This document shows positions 27,044 to 36,018 of a DNA stretch of 64,000 bases, in pieces (position 1 is the stretch's first letter; every line of letters starts with the position of its first letter). The notes under the pieces are model-generated. The model was not told where the DNA came from and did not search any database. It worked only from the letters and a program-made list of their open reading frames with translations. Made by a program: the position numbers and the translations under genes. The stretch spans positions 26,857 to 90,856 of the IMG/VR virus record IMGVR_UViG_3300022916_000008; one strand, given 5' to 3'. Source of the DNA: a virus.

Positions 27044-27349
27044 ATGGCTTATTTTAGTAATGGAACCGATGGAATGGTATTAGACGATGAGTGTAGTACA
27101 TGCTTAATAGGAAAAGACCCTGAACAGCTCTGCCCTATCTTATTCGTACAGATTGAAAATAACTATAATGCAGTTAATAATGAAGTTGCAACAAACATAC
27201 TTAATCATTTAATTGATAACAATGGGAAGTGTGCAATGAAAGAAATAATAACAGAAAAGAGCCTAATAACAAAAGGACTTAGTACATGCTGTGGATTTGT
27301 TAAAGAAGAGGCAGTGATATGCTCAAGGTGTAAAACAATAATTTTATGA
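27044..27349 (+). CDS. Cys-rich hypothetical protein
   Basis: 'MAYFSNGT.G.....C..C' motif and C-terminal CC..CxxC. Confidence 0.7.
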   Translation: MAYFSNGTDGMVLDDECSTCLIGKDPEQLCPILFVQIENNYNAVNNEVATNILNHLIDNNGKCAMKEIITEKSLITKGLSTCCGFVKEEAVICSRCKTIIL

Positions 27350-27433
27350 TACTATCAACATGCTGTAGTGCTCCTTATATAGGAGATGAAGTAGATCCGT
27401 TATGTACGGAATGTAAAGAACACACTGAATTAT

Positions 27434-27643
27434 ATGACGATGAGTAAGAAAAGACTAAGACATTTTTTATTGATATGCATGAGAGATGTGTATGTCAACA
27501 AAGTAAATCCGGATGAGTGGATAGATGATATTATGAAAGAAATCTCTAATTCAAAAATGTTTAACGCTACAAGTTTTCTCAATGGACTATATGTTGGAAT
27601 GATTGTGCTATATGTAATACAATTAATAGTAGGAAATAGGTAA
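27434..27643 (+). CDS. Small protein with C-terminal TM helix
   Basis: Hydrophobic C-terminus. Confidence 0.55.
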   Translation: MTMSKKRLRHFLLICMRDVYVNKVNPDEWIDDIMKEISNSKMFNATSFLNGLYVGMIVLYVIQLIVGNR

Positions 27644-28032
27644 TGACGAAGAAGTATAAATCATACAAAGGTCCGATGATGCACCGTGGAATAGATGACC
27701 TCAAGTCCTTACATCCATGGGTATCAACAATGCAAGGAGATCATATGTGGTCAGACAAGGTAGATGAAGATCATACCTACTTAATGGAATCATATTCATG
27801 GAGTGGTATAGACCTTACAAGTCAGAAAGCAATTGATGAAGAAATAGCCAGGCGTAAGGCATGGAATGAAGAGTATGTCCGTGGGTTGTTAATTAACGGC
27901 AGCTATGGAGAAGATATTGGACAGAATGAGATTAAGATGATAGTTGATTCCTTTTGGGATAAATCAATAGGGAGCCAGCCAAAGTCATCATATAAGATGA
28001 TATTTTTAGATCATGGTAAAACAAAAACATAA
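27643..28032 (+). CDS. Hypothetical protein
   Basis: TAATG-coupled ORF. Confidence 0.7.
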   Translation: MTKKYKSYKGPMMHRGIDDLKSLHPWVSTMQGDHMWSDKVDEDHTYLMESYSWSGIDLTSQKAIDEEIARRKAWNEEYVRGLLINGSYGEDIGQNEIKMIVDSFWDKSIGSQPKSSYKMIFLDHGKTKT

Positions 28033-28472
28033 TGGCAGTACTACTAATAGCAAAGAACTTTTTACAAGGACATCCTAAAGCAGGAACTCCAACTAACTTT
28101 GGTGGACGCATAGAGTCTGGATGGAAGAAGCATACAGTACGTCAGTCTTATACTGATTGGAAGAACATGGAAAAGAAGGTTAATGAGAAAAGACTTGTCC
28201 TTGATATACGTCAATGGAGTGCGAATCCATATAGCTCCAAACAAGAACAGTTGATGACGTTACGAAACATCTGCGTAGAGACCTTTCAGATCAATTCTAA
28301 GGGACTTTATTATGTCGGTGGCACATTGATACCAAATATCCATAATTTCGTCTATAATGACGGATTTACACGTGATGAAGAAGGCGTGTTGGATTTCGAA
28401 GAATGGATAGGTTGGGAAAGAGGTAAGACCTTCAATGGATGTTTGATTTACTTAACAGATTTTAGATATTAA
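28032..28472 (+). CDS. ASCH/PUA-like protein
   Basis: 'I.SG.KKHTVR' ASCH signature and 'NDGF'. Confidence 0.6.
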   Translation: MAVLLIAKNFLQGHPKAGTPTNFGGRIESGWKKHTVRQSYTDWKNMEKKVNEKRLVLDIRQWSANPYSSKQEQLMTLRNICVETFQINSKGLYYVGGTLIPNIHNFVYNDGFTRDEEGVLDFEEWIGWERGKTFNGCLIYLTDFRY

Positions 28473-28489
28473 CACTATAAGGAAAAGAA

Positions 28490-28684
28490 ATGAAAGTTAA
28501 AGACCTGATAAGAAAATTAAAGAAAATGCCAAAAGACTCAGATGTTGCATTTCAAGATCACGATCAAGATGCTGCTGAATTAAATAATTTTGTAAATAAT
28601 GTAGAATTGGTTGATTTTAACGAATTTGATGATACGGAAAACTATGCAGGATATGAAGGAGAAATTGTAGTATTAAAGGGTTAA
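28490..28684 (+). CDS. Small conserved phage protein
   Basis: 'MKV.DLI.KL..MP.D..V' N-terminus. Confidence 0.65.
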   Translation: MKVKDLIRKLKKMPKDSDVAFQDHDQDAAELNNFVNNVELVDFNEFDDTENYAGYEGEIVVLKG

Positions 28685-28702
28685 ACACTATAAAGAAATA
28701 GC

Positions 28703-29266
28703 ATGAAAGCAAAAACAGCAGAAATATTAAAGAAATTAGATAGCCTTAAATTTAGTAGTGATTTGGGCAAAGGATATACAGATGTAGTTTTATTACATGA
28801 TGTTGAAAAGGTTTTAAGAGAATACGCTAACCAAAGCAAGTCACTACCAACGGATGTAGAAATTGAGAATATTGCATCCAGACAGTATAATTCATCTATA
28901 TTATTAGAACATTTTCCAGAAGGGAATAATATGAGGCGTATTATAGTTTCGGTTATTACAAAAGCACTGAAGCATATGCGAGACACATACAAGCCTACAG
29001 AGTGGGTAAGTGTTGAGGATATGCTGCCAGAAGAAAATCAAGATGTGATTGTATACGAACCATCTACAGGTACTTCTTGTGCTGAATTAGATCAAGGTAT
29101 GTGGTATGATATATCAGCAGCATGTTACTTCCCTCCACATCAAAAGGTTACTCATTGGATGTATTTACCTGAGTTTAAAGAAGATGATTTTCAAGAAAAG
29201 CTTAAAAAGTATTTACCAGAAATAAATTCAAATGAGTTTCCTGACGATTCAGATGTAGCTCTTTAA
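28703..29266 (+). CDS. DUF551-domain protein
   Basis: 'WVSVED.LPE...VTHWM.LPE'. Confidence 0.8.
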   Translation: MKAKTAEILKKLDSLKFSSDLGKGYTDVVLLHDVEKVLREYANQSKSLPTDVEIENIASRQYNSSILLEHFPEGNNMRRIIVSVITKALKHMRDTYKPTEWVSVEDMLPEENQDVIVYEPSTGTSCAELDQGMWYDISAACYFPPHQKVTHWMYLPEFKEDDFQEKLKKYLPEINSNEFPDDSDVAL

Positions 29267-29441
29267 ACAAAAGATATGACACGAATAATATTTACTGATA
29301 GGATAACTCCAAAAGAATTAGGATTTAAAACTCCCAGGCTTCCCAGAAAAAGGAAGAAAAGATTGAAAAAAATATATGCCCGAAGTGGAATGGATTGGAG
29401 AGAATGGGTTAGACTAAAAAGAGTTAAAAGAACTAAAAGAA

Positions 29442-29687
29442 ATGACTGATAAATTATACTTAGGTTCTCTGCTTTTAGAGATTGAGAAATGGTCTGAAAA
29501 ATACGATATGAATTTCCAATTTTGGAATGATGATAACAGTGTGTTTCTATACGCAAAAGGAACAAGTACTGAATTATTTAGTAATGGGGGACTATCATCT
29601 CCACAAGAAGTTATTAAAGAAGTACTTAAATTTATTTATAGAGTAAACAGAACCCCTAAAGATAAAAGGGTAAAAAGTCATGACTAA
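29442..29687 (+). CDS. Hypothetical protein
   Basis: Coupled ORF. Confidence 0.6.
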   Translation: MTDKLYLGSLLLEIEKWSEKYDMNFQFWNDDNSVFLYAKGTSTELFSNGGLSSPQEVIKEVLKFIYRVNRTPKDKRVKSHD

Positions 29688-30183
29688 GATAACTACATTA
29701 GAGATAGAGGTTAGGATGATGCAACACCTAGACTTTCGCACAAACCTTATTGTACCCAATGTTAGTTGGGGAATACCTATTGACTGGAATGCGTCTGGTA
29801 ACAGAAAGTATGGAAACTTACATGAATGTGACTTACTATCATTAAGTGTGGCAGGATATGCAACAGAGGTTGAGATAAAAGTATCTAAAGCAGACTTGAT
29901 AAAAGATGATGCTAAGAAGCACAGCCATGATCACAACTTGATTAAGTACTTATACTTTGCCGTTCCTAAGAAATTAGAAGCAATAGCCTTGGAAGTTATA
30001 CCAGAACGTGCCGGACTATTTGTAATTGAAAGAATGACCCACAACTCCTATCTGAAAGTAAAATGTGTTAAACGTGCCAAGCAAAGAAAGGATGTGTTGA
30101 AGTGGAGTGATCATCAAAGATATGTCCTTGCCAGACTAGGTGCAATGAGAATAGTTGGGTTAAAACAAAAGTTAATTAAATGA
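29680..30183 (+). CDS. PD-(D/E)XK (MmcB-like) nuclease
   Basis: 'ECDLL...EVEIKVSKADL..D'. Confidence 0.75.
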   Translation: MTKITTLEIEVRMMQHLDFRTNLIVPNVSWGIPIDWNASGNRKYGNLHECDLLSLSVAGYATEVEIKVSKADLIKDDAKKHSHDHNLIKYLYFAVPKKLEAIALEVIPERAGLFVIERMTHNSYLKVKCVKRAKQRKDVLKWSDHQRYVLARLGAMRIVGLKQKLIK

Positions 30184-30785
30184 CAATGGGATTTAGTGAA
30201 GAAGAATTTAAACAGTTACAGAACAATGTAAACAAGGGAAAGGGTATGATAGATGAAAAGAAAAAGATTGTTGCTAAAAGAAAGAAGCGTAATCCAAAGC
30301 AGGAGCAAACAGCCTTATTCACAGAAGATGTTTATGATGTTCGTAAAGGACAAACCGTTGAGTCAGAAACTTATTATAAGCTGATTTCTCCAACAAAGGT
30401 TGTATTGCCTAGAAAGACAAAAAAGGACAATACTGTATACCTTAACCTTAATATCTACAGGAACCTTCATTATATAATTAACAACAATGCTAAGAAGGAG
30501 TACAAGCGATTAATGTTTGATCAGGTAGTCCAACTACCTAAAATGAAAAAGATCGCCTTGGTGTTCGTATTAAACAAGTCTACGATGGGTGTTAAGGACA
30601 GACATAATGTGTGCTGTATAGTCCAGAAGTTCTTTTGTGATGTACTCACAGATAATGAGCTTAAAATTATCCCTGATGATGATGACAAGTATATCGAATA
30701 CGAGAGGTATGTGTCAGCAGATCAGCTATCAAAAAGTGACTTCATTGAAATCTATGTAATAGATAAATCATATACAGTTGAATAA
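30180..30785 (+). CDS. RusA-like Holliday junction resolvase
   Basis: 'D..N.....K...D.L.....I.DDD' acidic pattern. Confidence 0.7.
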   Translation: MTMGFSEEEFKQLQNNVNKGKGMIDEKKKIVAKRKKRNPKQEQTALFTEDVYDVRKGQTVESETYYKLISPTKVVLPRKTKKDNTVYLNLNIYRNLHYIINNNAKKEYKRLMFDQVVQLPKMKKIALVFVLNKSTMGVKDRHNVCCIVQKFFCDVLTDNELKIIPDDDDKYIEYERYVSADQLSKSDFIEIYVIDKSYTVE

Positions 30786-30797
30786 TCAATATAGCCT

Positions 30798-32327
30798 ATG
30801 GAAAATAAACATACATTTGAATGTACTGTATTAAATAAAATCCGTCATATTAACGATTGGAGGATTTATACATTTGTTACAGATGAAAGCGTACCTCATA
30901 CAATACCTTTGAAAATAAAAGGGACTCATCATGGAAAAAACTTTGGCAGGCTCACATGCTTTAATGATATGACCAGAAACACTAAGTATGTTATTTCTAT
31001 AAGCATACGTAATAGCAAGAATAAAGATCAGAATGGCATATGCTATAAAAACTTATATCTTGAAACATATTATCCTATACTTGGTGAAGAAGCAGATCAG
31101 GATTTTTTAAAAGCCATTGTATCAGAAGCAAGATATGATTTGATTATGTCTGTTTACCCAGACTTCATTGACTTGGTTCGTAATGGAAAAGAAATAGATC
31201 TAAACTTATTACCCGGTATTAAAGAAAAGACTTTTGCTATTATCAGAGACAAGGTTACAATCAATTACTGGAAGGCTGAGCTTATGTCATGGCTATTACC
31301 ACTTGGTATTACCGAGAAGATGATCCAGAAGCTTATAGGTAGGTATAAGACACCTGATGCACTCAAGGTAGCATTAAAAGGTAATCCATACATACTTACT
31401 GAGATTCATGGATTAGGTTTCTTTAGAGTAGATGATATGGTCATGAAAATGTTTCCTGAAAAAAGAGTTAGTAGGGAGCGCATGATGGCATTTGTTACTT
31501 ATCAGCTACAACATGTAGGGAATACGTCTGGACATACTGTAATCAGTAAAGCAGATATACTTGTATACATAAAGAAAAGTATACCGGAATGTGAGGCATT
31601 GTATAAGATAATGGCAAGTAGTCCAACGCAAGAATTATTGATAATGTATAATGAGTTCGTAGGGCTTAAGCGTTACTATGATGCTGAGAAGTATATCTAT
31701 GAAAAGCTCAAGAAGATAGCAGATGCGCCTATAGAGGTTATGCATAATGAGAATGACTATATCTTTATGACAGAGGAGAAGATAGGCTTTAAGTTATCAG
31801 AAGAACAGAAGGAAGCTATAGAGTCATTACAAACCAATAACCTTGTGATAATCGTAGGAAGTGCTGGTGTTGGTAAAACAAGTTCTATTCAGGGAATTAT
31901 ACATGAATATGATGAGTGGGATATACTCTTGTGTTCATTAAGCGCTAAGGCTGCTGATAGGATGAGAGAGATAACAGGTAAGGAAGCATTTACTATTCAT
32001 AGAGCATTAGGATATGACGGAAAAGGTTTTGCTTACAATGAAAGAAGTCCATTACACAACAAGGTTATTATTATTGATGAAGCCAGTATGGCTAATCTAT
32101 ACATCTTTAAATCATTGATAGAGGCTATAAGTATAGGGTCTAAATTAGTAATAGTTGGAGATGATGGACAGTTACCGCCAATAGGGGCAGGTAATGTCTT
32201 TCAGGATTTATTGCAGAGTGAATTTAAGATATGTAGGCTTACAAAGATATACAGGCAGGCACAGAGGAGTGGTATCATAGTAGATGCTAATTATATTAGA
32301 AAAGGAATTAACCCATTTAAACAATAG
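30798..32327 (+). CDS. recD2: RecD2-like helicase, N-terminal part
   Basis: HhH motifs (LPGIKEKT; NPY.L..I.GLGF..VD), Walker A GSAGVGKT, DEASM, GD..QLPPIG, RQA..SGI; ends prematurely at TAG. Confidence 0.9.
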   Translation: MENKHTFECTVLNKIRHINDWRIYTFVTDESVPHTIPLKIKGTHHGKNFGRLTCFNDMTRNTKYVISISIRNSKNKDQNGICYKNLYLETYYPILGEEADQDFLKAIVSEARYDLIMSVYPDFIDLVRNGKEIDLNLLPGIKEKTFAIIRDKVTINYWKAELMSWLLPLGITEKMIQKLIGRYKTPDALKVALKGNPYILTEIHGLGFFRVDDMVMKMFPEKRVSRERMMAFVTYQLQHVGNTSGHTVISKADILVYIKKSIPECEALYKIMASSPTQELLIMYNEFVGLKRYYDAEKYIYEKLKKIADAPIEVMHNENDYIFMTEEKIGFKLSEEQKEAIESLQTNNLVIIVGSAGVGKTSSIQGIIHEYDEWDILLCSLSAKAADRMREITGKEAFTIHRALGYDGKGFAYNERSPLHNKVIIIDEASMANLYIFKSLIEAISIGSKLVIVGDDGQLPPIGAGNVFQDLLQSEFKICRLTKIYRQAQRSGIIVDANYIRKGINPFKQ

Positions 32328-32331
32328 TATT

Positions 32332-32592
32332 ATGGATTGGGAGAAAGAGTATAAAAAGTGTATAGGGAATCCTTATTATTTCTATACAACATATGTCCTT
32401 GTTAATGGAAAGCAAGCAACAACAATGTTGTCAAAAGAAGAGTTTAATAAATATTTTGAAGCAAAGAGATATTCTGAATGGTGGAGAAAGACAACTCCTA
32501 AACACATACAGGAAAAGATGCAAAAAGAATTTGACAAGATAGAGGAGGAACTTTGGACTAAAGAGTATAAGAAAGATGGCAATAATAACTAG
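32332..32592 (+). CDS. 86-aa gene inserted in recD2
   Basis: ATG 4 nt after the N-half stop; overlaps the C-half start by 17 nt. Confidence 0.65.
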   Translation: MDWEKEYKKCIGNPYYFYTTYVLVNGKQATTMLSKEEFNKYFEAKRYSEWWRKTTPKHIQEKMQKEFDKIEEELWTKEYKKDGNNN

Positions 32593-33238
32593 AGGAGAGC
32601 TAAAGGATATTCACTATTCCTTTATAGAGGAGAGGGATAAGATATTCGATCAGGCAGTACGTGCTTATATGAAAGCTGCAGGAAAGTATGGAACAGATGA
32701 GGTTATTCTTATCACTCCTAAGCGTATACATGAGGGTCTAACTACTAATAGCTTTAACAGGGCTATTCAGGACTTGCTTATTGAGAAAGATGTTAAGTCA
32801 ATGAAAAGAGGAGCTCATGAGTTTAGGTTAGGCGCTAAAGTAATACAGAAGGAGAATGATTACAAAGGCAAGGGAGTTATCAATGGGCAGATAGGATATA
32901 TATGGTCTATAAGTGATGAAGGGTTTAGCGTGGACTTCAAGGGAGAGGTTGTAGAATACCAAAAGGATGAGATCAGGCAGATAGAACTTGCCTATGCATT
33001 AACAGGACATTCCTATCAGGGTAGCCAGGCGAAGATCGTTATCATTGCCTTTGATATGAGTGTATACATATTATTGTCCAGACAGTGGCTGTATACGGCT
33101 ATCACAAGGGCACAAGAACAATGCTATATCATATGTCCAAAGAAAGCTCATGATGTAACAATTGGAAAGAACTTCACACACCGAAGAACATTTATGCAGA
33201 GAATATTAGCAACAGCAAAACTATTAATGACATTATAA
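32576..33238 (+). CDS. recD2: RecD2-like helicase, C-terminal part
   Basis: 'FRLG.KVIQ..NDY...V.NG.IG', 'LAYALT.H..QGSQ', 'LYTAITRA'. Confidence 0.9.
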   Translation: MAIITRGELKDIHYSFIEERDKIFDQAVRAYMKAAGKYGTDEVILITPKRIHEGLTTNSFNRAIQDLLIEKDVKSMKRGAHEFRLGAKVIQKENDYKGKGVINGQIGYIWSISDEGFSVDFKGEVVEYQKDEIRQIELAYALTGHSYQGSQAKIVIIAFDMSVYILLSRQWLYTAITRAQEQCYIICPKKAHDVTIGKNFTHRRTFMQRILATAKLLMTL

Positions 33239-34188
33239 TGGGAGATAAACTAAAATCAGCAATAGAGGGTCTGGAAAAGACTTATGGGAAAAATGTAATA
33301 CTTAAGCTAGACGACAAGCCTTTAAAGGTTCCTACGCTATCAACAGGAGTAGCTAACATTAACAGAGCATTGGGCATAGGTGGTTATCCCTTTGGACGTA
33401 TAGTAGAGATATTTGGTCCAGAATCTGCGGGTAAGTCAACCCTAGCCTTACATGCGGTTAAAGAAGCACAGGTAAAAAAGATTACAGTGGCTTATGTAGA
33501 TACAGAGCATTCACTTAATATCCAATACGCACAAGATCTAGGTATAGACATTGATAAGCTATTGATCTCTCAACCTAATAGTGCAGAAGAAGCATTAAAT
33601 GTAGTAGAGGTATTAGTCAAGACAGAAGAGGTTGGTCTGGTCATAGTCGATAGTGTATCAGCATTAGTTCCTAAATCAGAAGAAGAAGGTGAGATGGGAG
33701 ATCAAAGCATTGGTAGACAGGGTAAGCTAATGTCACAAGCCATGAGAAAGCTAGCTGGACCAGTAAGTAAAAGCAAGTGCATTGTTATCTTTATAAATCA
33801 ACTACGTGACAAGATAGGTGGTTATGGAGGACAAACTACTTCTGGAGGTCATGCATTGAAGTACTATGCATCTATACGCATTGATATTAGAAAGATGGGT
33901 GTGAAGATAGAGGATAAGACTAAGCATATAGGAGATACTACTAAAGTCAAGATAGTCAAGAATAAACTTGCTCCCCCATTCATAACCACAGAAGTTGACT
34001 TGATTTATGGAAAAGGATTCTGTCCTATACGTAATACTATTAATGCAGCAGTGGAAATGGGTATTGTCCAAAAGGCAGGAGCATGGTATAGTTATAATGG
34101 TACTAAGCTAGCTCAAGGATTAAGCAAGGCAGTTGCTTTAATAGAAGACAATGATGAATTATTCAAAGAAATAGAGTCCAAGTTATGA
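33238..34188 (+). CDS. recA: RecA recombinase
   Basis: GRIVEIFGPESAGKST, VDSVSAL, FINQLR, GG.ALKYYAS, KNK.APPF. Confidence 0.97.
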   Translation: MGDKLKSAIEGLEKTYGKNVILKLDDKPLKVPTLSTGVANINRALGIGGYPFGRIVEIFGPESAGKSTLALHAVKEAQVKKITVAYVDTEHSLNIQYAQDLGIDIDKLLISQPNSAEEALNVVEVLVKTEEVGLVIVDSVSALVPKSEEEGEMGDQSIGRQGKLMSQAMRKLAGPVSKSKCIVIFINQLRDKIGGYGGQTTSGGHALKYYASIRIDIRKMGVKIEDKTKHIGDTTKVKIVKNKLAPPFITTEVDLIYGKGFCPIRNTINAAVEMGIVQKAGAWYSYNGTKLAQGLSKAVALIEDNDELFKEIESKL

Positions 34189-34299
34189 GTAAGAAAAAGA
34201 AAGATGGTTATAAACCTCATATGTGTGAGATGTGTGAGAAGGAGCCAAGTGCTATAATCACATTAGAAAGGAAACGGATATGTTTAAAATGTTGGAAGG

Positions 34300-34845
34300 A
34301 TGAAAACAAAGACCTGTAGTATTTGCGATAGACCTGTTTGGAAGAATGGGAAGTGTAGGTATCATGACGATACACAGAAGCCTCTGGTGAGCTCTTCTAA
34401 CTTCAAGAGTACAAATGTACCACTTAGGAGGAGATCGTCCATCAGCGTTCCTTATACAGCCTTAAAACGCAAGTCTCCTAATAAGGTTGAGAACACTGAA
34501 TGGGGATATGACAATCAGTTTGGAATGTTCTTATCTTTATGGGAGAATGCTAAGAAAGCAGGAAAGGTATATTCACAGATATCAGGAATAGATATTACAT
34601 GGACATATGGAACAGACTTATGGGTAAATTGCTTTGCCCACATACTTGCAAAAGGGATCTATCCTCGGTGGAAGTTGAATCCTGCTAACATAATGATAGT
34701 AGAACCACATGAACATTCACTTTTAGATCAAGGGACGGTTAAACAAAGACAAGACTATGAAAAGAAATATAATTGCAGCTTTGATATCTTTTATGAAAAG
34801 AAAGACAGGCTTAAGATCGAGTACATGGCCACAACGAGCCGTTGA
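34300..34845 (+). CDS. HNH/NinG-like nuclease
   Basis: N-terminal CxxC...C..H; 'AHIL.KG.YP.....P.NI......H...D'. Confidence 0.65.
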   Translation: MKTKTCSICDRPVWKNGKCRYHDDTQKPLVSSSNFKSTNVPLRRRSSISVPYTALKRKSPNKVENTEWGYDNQFGMFLSLWENAKKAGKVYSQISGIDITWTYGTDLWVNCFAHILAKGIYPRWKLNPANIMIVEPHEHSLLDQGTVKQRQDYEKKYNCSFDIFYEKKDRLKIEYMATTSR

Positions 34846-35668
34846 GTATTATAATAATAATATAAAGGATGATCCATGGAAAGCATCTACTAGCTGGTCC
34901 GATACAGGCAAGAGATATACTTGTGGTGCTGATCCTTATAGGAATGTCGATGATGTTACTTATCATTGGCCTCTAGGTAAGGGTATATTAGAACAGGTAA
35001 GGGATAGCAACTATGTAGAGTATTCCAAAATGCCACCAGTGACAGGGGAGTCCATTAAGGAAGCGTGTAGGAGAGCATTGGAGCAATATATAAATCCTGT
35101 TATTGAAACGGATAGAGCAGGTGCTAAAATGTTTCATGAAGCAATGAAACGAGCTGCTGCTGCTGATTATCCTACACCTATTGAACATGACAAGAACAAA
35201 GCCTATGACTACTACTATGATCAATATAAAGAAGCACTAGAAAAGCGAGTAGCTAAGGATAGAGCAGAAGTCAATGAAAAAGGTACTGTATTTTCTAAGG
35301 AACAGATAGAGAAGTTAGAGAAAGAACATCCGGGATTCATTCAATCTGCAATACAGTCTGGAGATATTAAACCTTCAGATATGCATCCTTCATTAAAAGA
35401 ACACAACCAACTATACTTTACCAAAGATGTTAGTGAAGATACTGATAGGCACAAACCTTTTCATATATATACAAACAAGCCAATTGCTAAATACAACAGC
35501 AAAGGTATTGAACACAAGATAGTAACTTCATGTGGTGATGAGTTTAGGATGATAAATGACAATAGTTATTCTGATGGATATACATGGGTAATGTATTGTG
35601 CTAATACCAATATAGGTTATGCAGCAGCAGTCTCAAAGGGTGATGAATTTGTATTAAAAGAAGTTTAG
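34757..35668 (+). CDS. Hypothetical protein (start uncertain)
   Basis: Long ORF filling the gap. Confidence 0.65.
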   Translation: MKRNIIAALISFMKRKTGLRSSTWPQRAVEYYNNNIKDDPWKASTSWSDTGKRYTCGADPYRNVDDVTYHWPLGKGILEQVRDSNYVEYSKMPPVTGESIKEACRRALEQYINPVIETDRAGAKMFHEAMKRAAAADYPTPIEHDKNKAYDYYYDQYKEALEKRVAKDRAEVNEKGTVFSKEQIEKLEKEHPGFIQSAIQSGDIKPSDMHPSLKEHNQLYFTKDVSEDTDRHKPFHIYTNKPIAKYNSKGIEHKIVTSCGDEFRMINDNSYSDGYTWVMYCANTNIGYAAAVSKGDEFVLKEV

Positions 35669-35670
35669 TT

Positions 35671-35934
35671 ATGAAAGATCAGAAATATAACAAAGGAGAT
35701 AGAATCAGGATAATCAATTACGGACATCAGATATGGGAACAGTCAGGTGTTCCGGGCAAGGTAAAAGTAATAGACTTAAGTCCAGAATTAGTAGGACAGC
35801 TTGGAACTATTCAGTATTCTTATAATGACCTATATGATTCAAAACTAAGGAGGTCAGCCGAACAGTATAGTATTAAATTTGATAATGGCAGGGAAGTGTC
35901 TTGGTTTACTCTTAATCAATTAGAAAGAATTTAA
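35671..35934 (+). CDS. KOW/SH3-like small protein
   Basis: 'K.GD.I.I...G....YSIKFD....WF...QLE'. Confidence 0.65.
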   Translation: MKDQKYNKGDRIRIINYGHQIWEQSGVPGKVKVIDLSPELVGQLGTIQYSYNDLYDSKLRRSAEQYSIKFDNGREVSWFTLNQLERI

Positions 35935-35941
35935 GGTTGTT

Positions 35942-36016
35942 AAGGGGAGGGGACTACTGTGCGAAATAAGGCTATTTTCGTCTTGTGAAGCAGTAACAGT
36001 AGCACCCCTTTTTTTT
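35942..36016. terminator. Terminator at convergence of early and late blocks
   Basis: GGGG-A-CTACTGT...ACAGTAG-CA-CCCC-T8 with internal hairpin CGAAATA/TATTTTCG. Confidence 0.75.
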
Positions 36017-36018
36017 GA

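Noticed and set aside
32325-32327. Amber stop-codon reassignment, as in some crAss-like phages
   Set aside because: Long genes are intact under code 11, TAG ends genes normally, no suppressor tRNA was seen, and read-through would not join the recD2 halves.
34900-34960. 'YTCGADPY' resembling the terminase nuclease motif
   Set aside because: Isolated short motif; the surrounding sequence shows no other terminase features.
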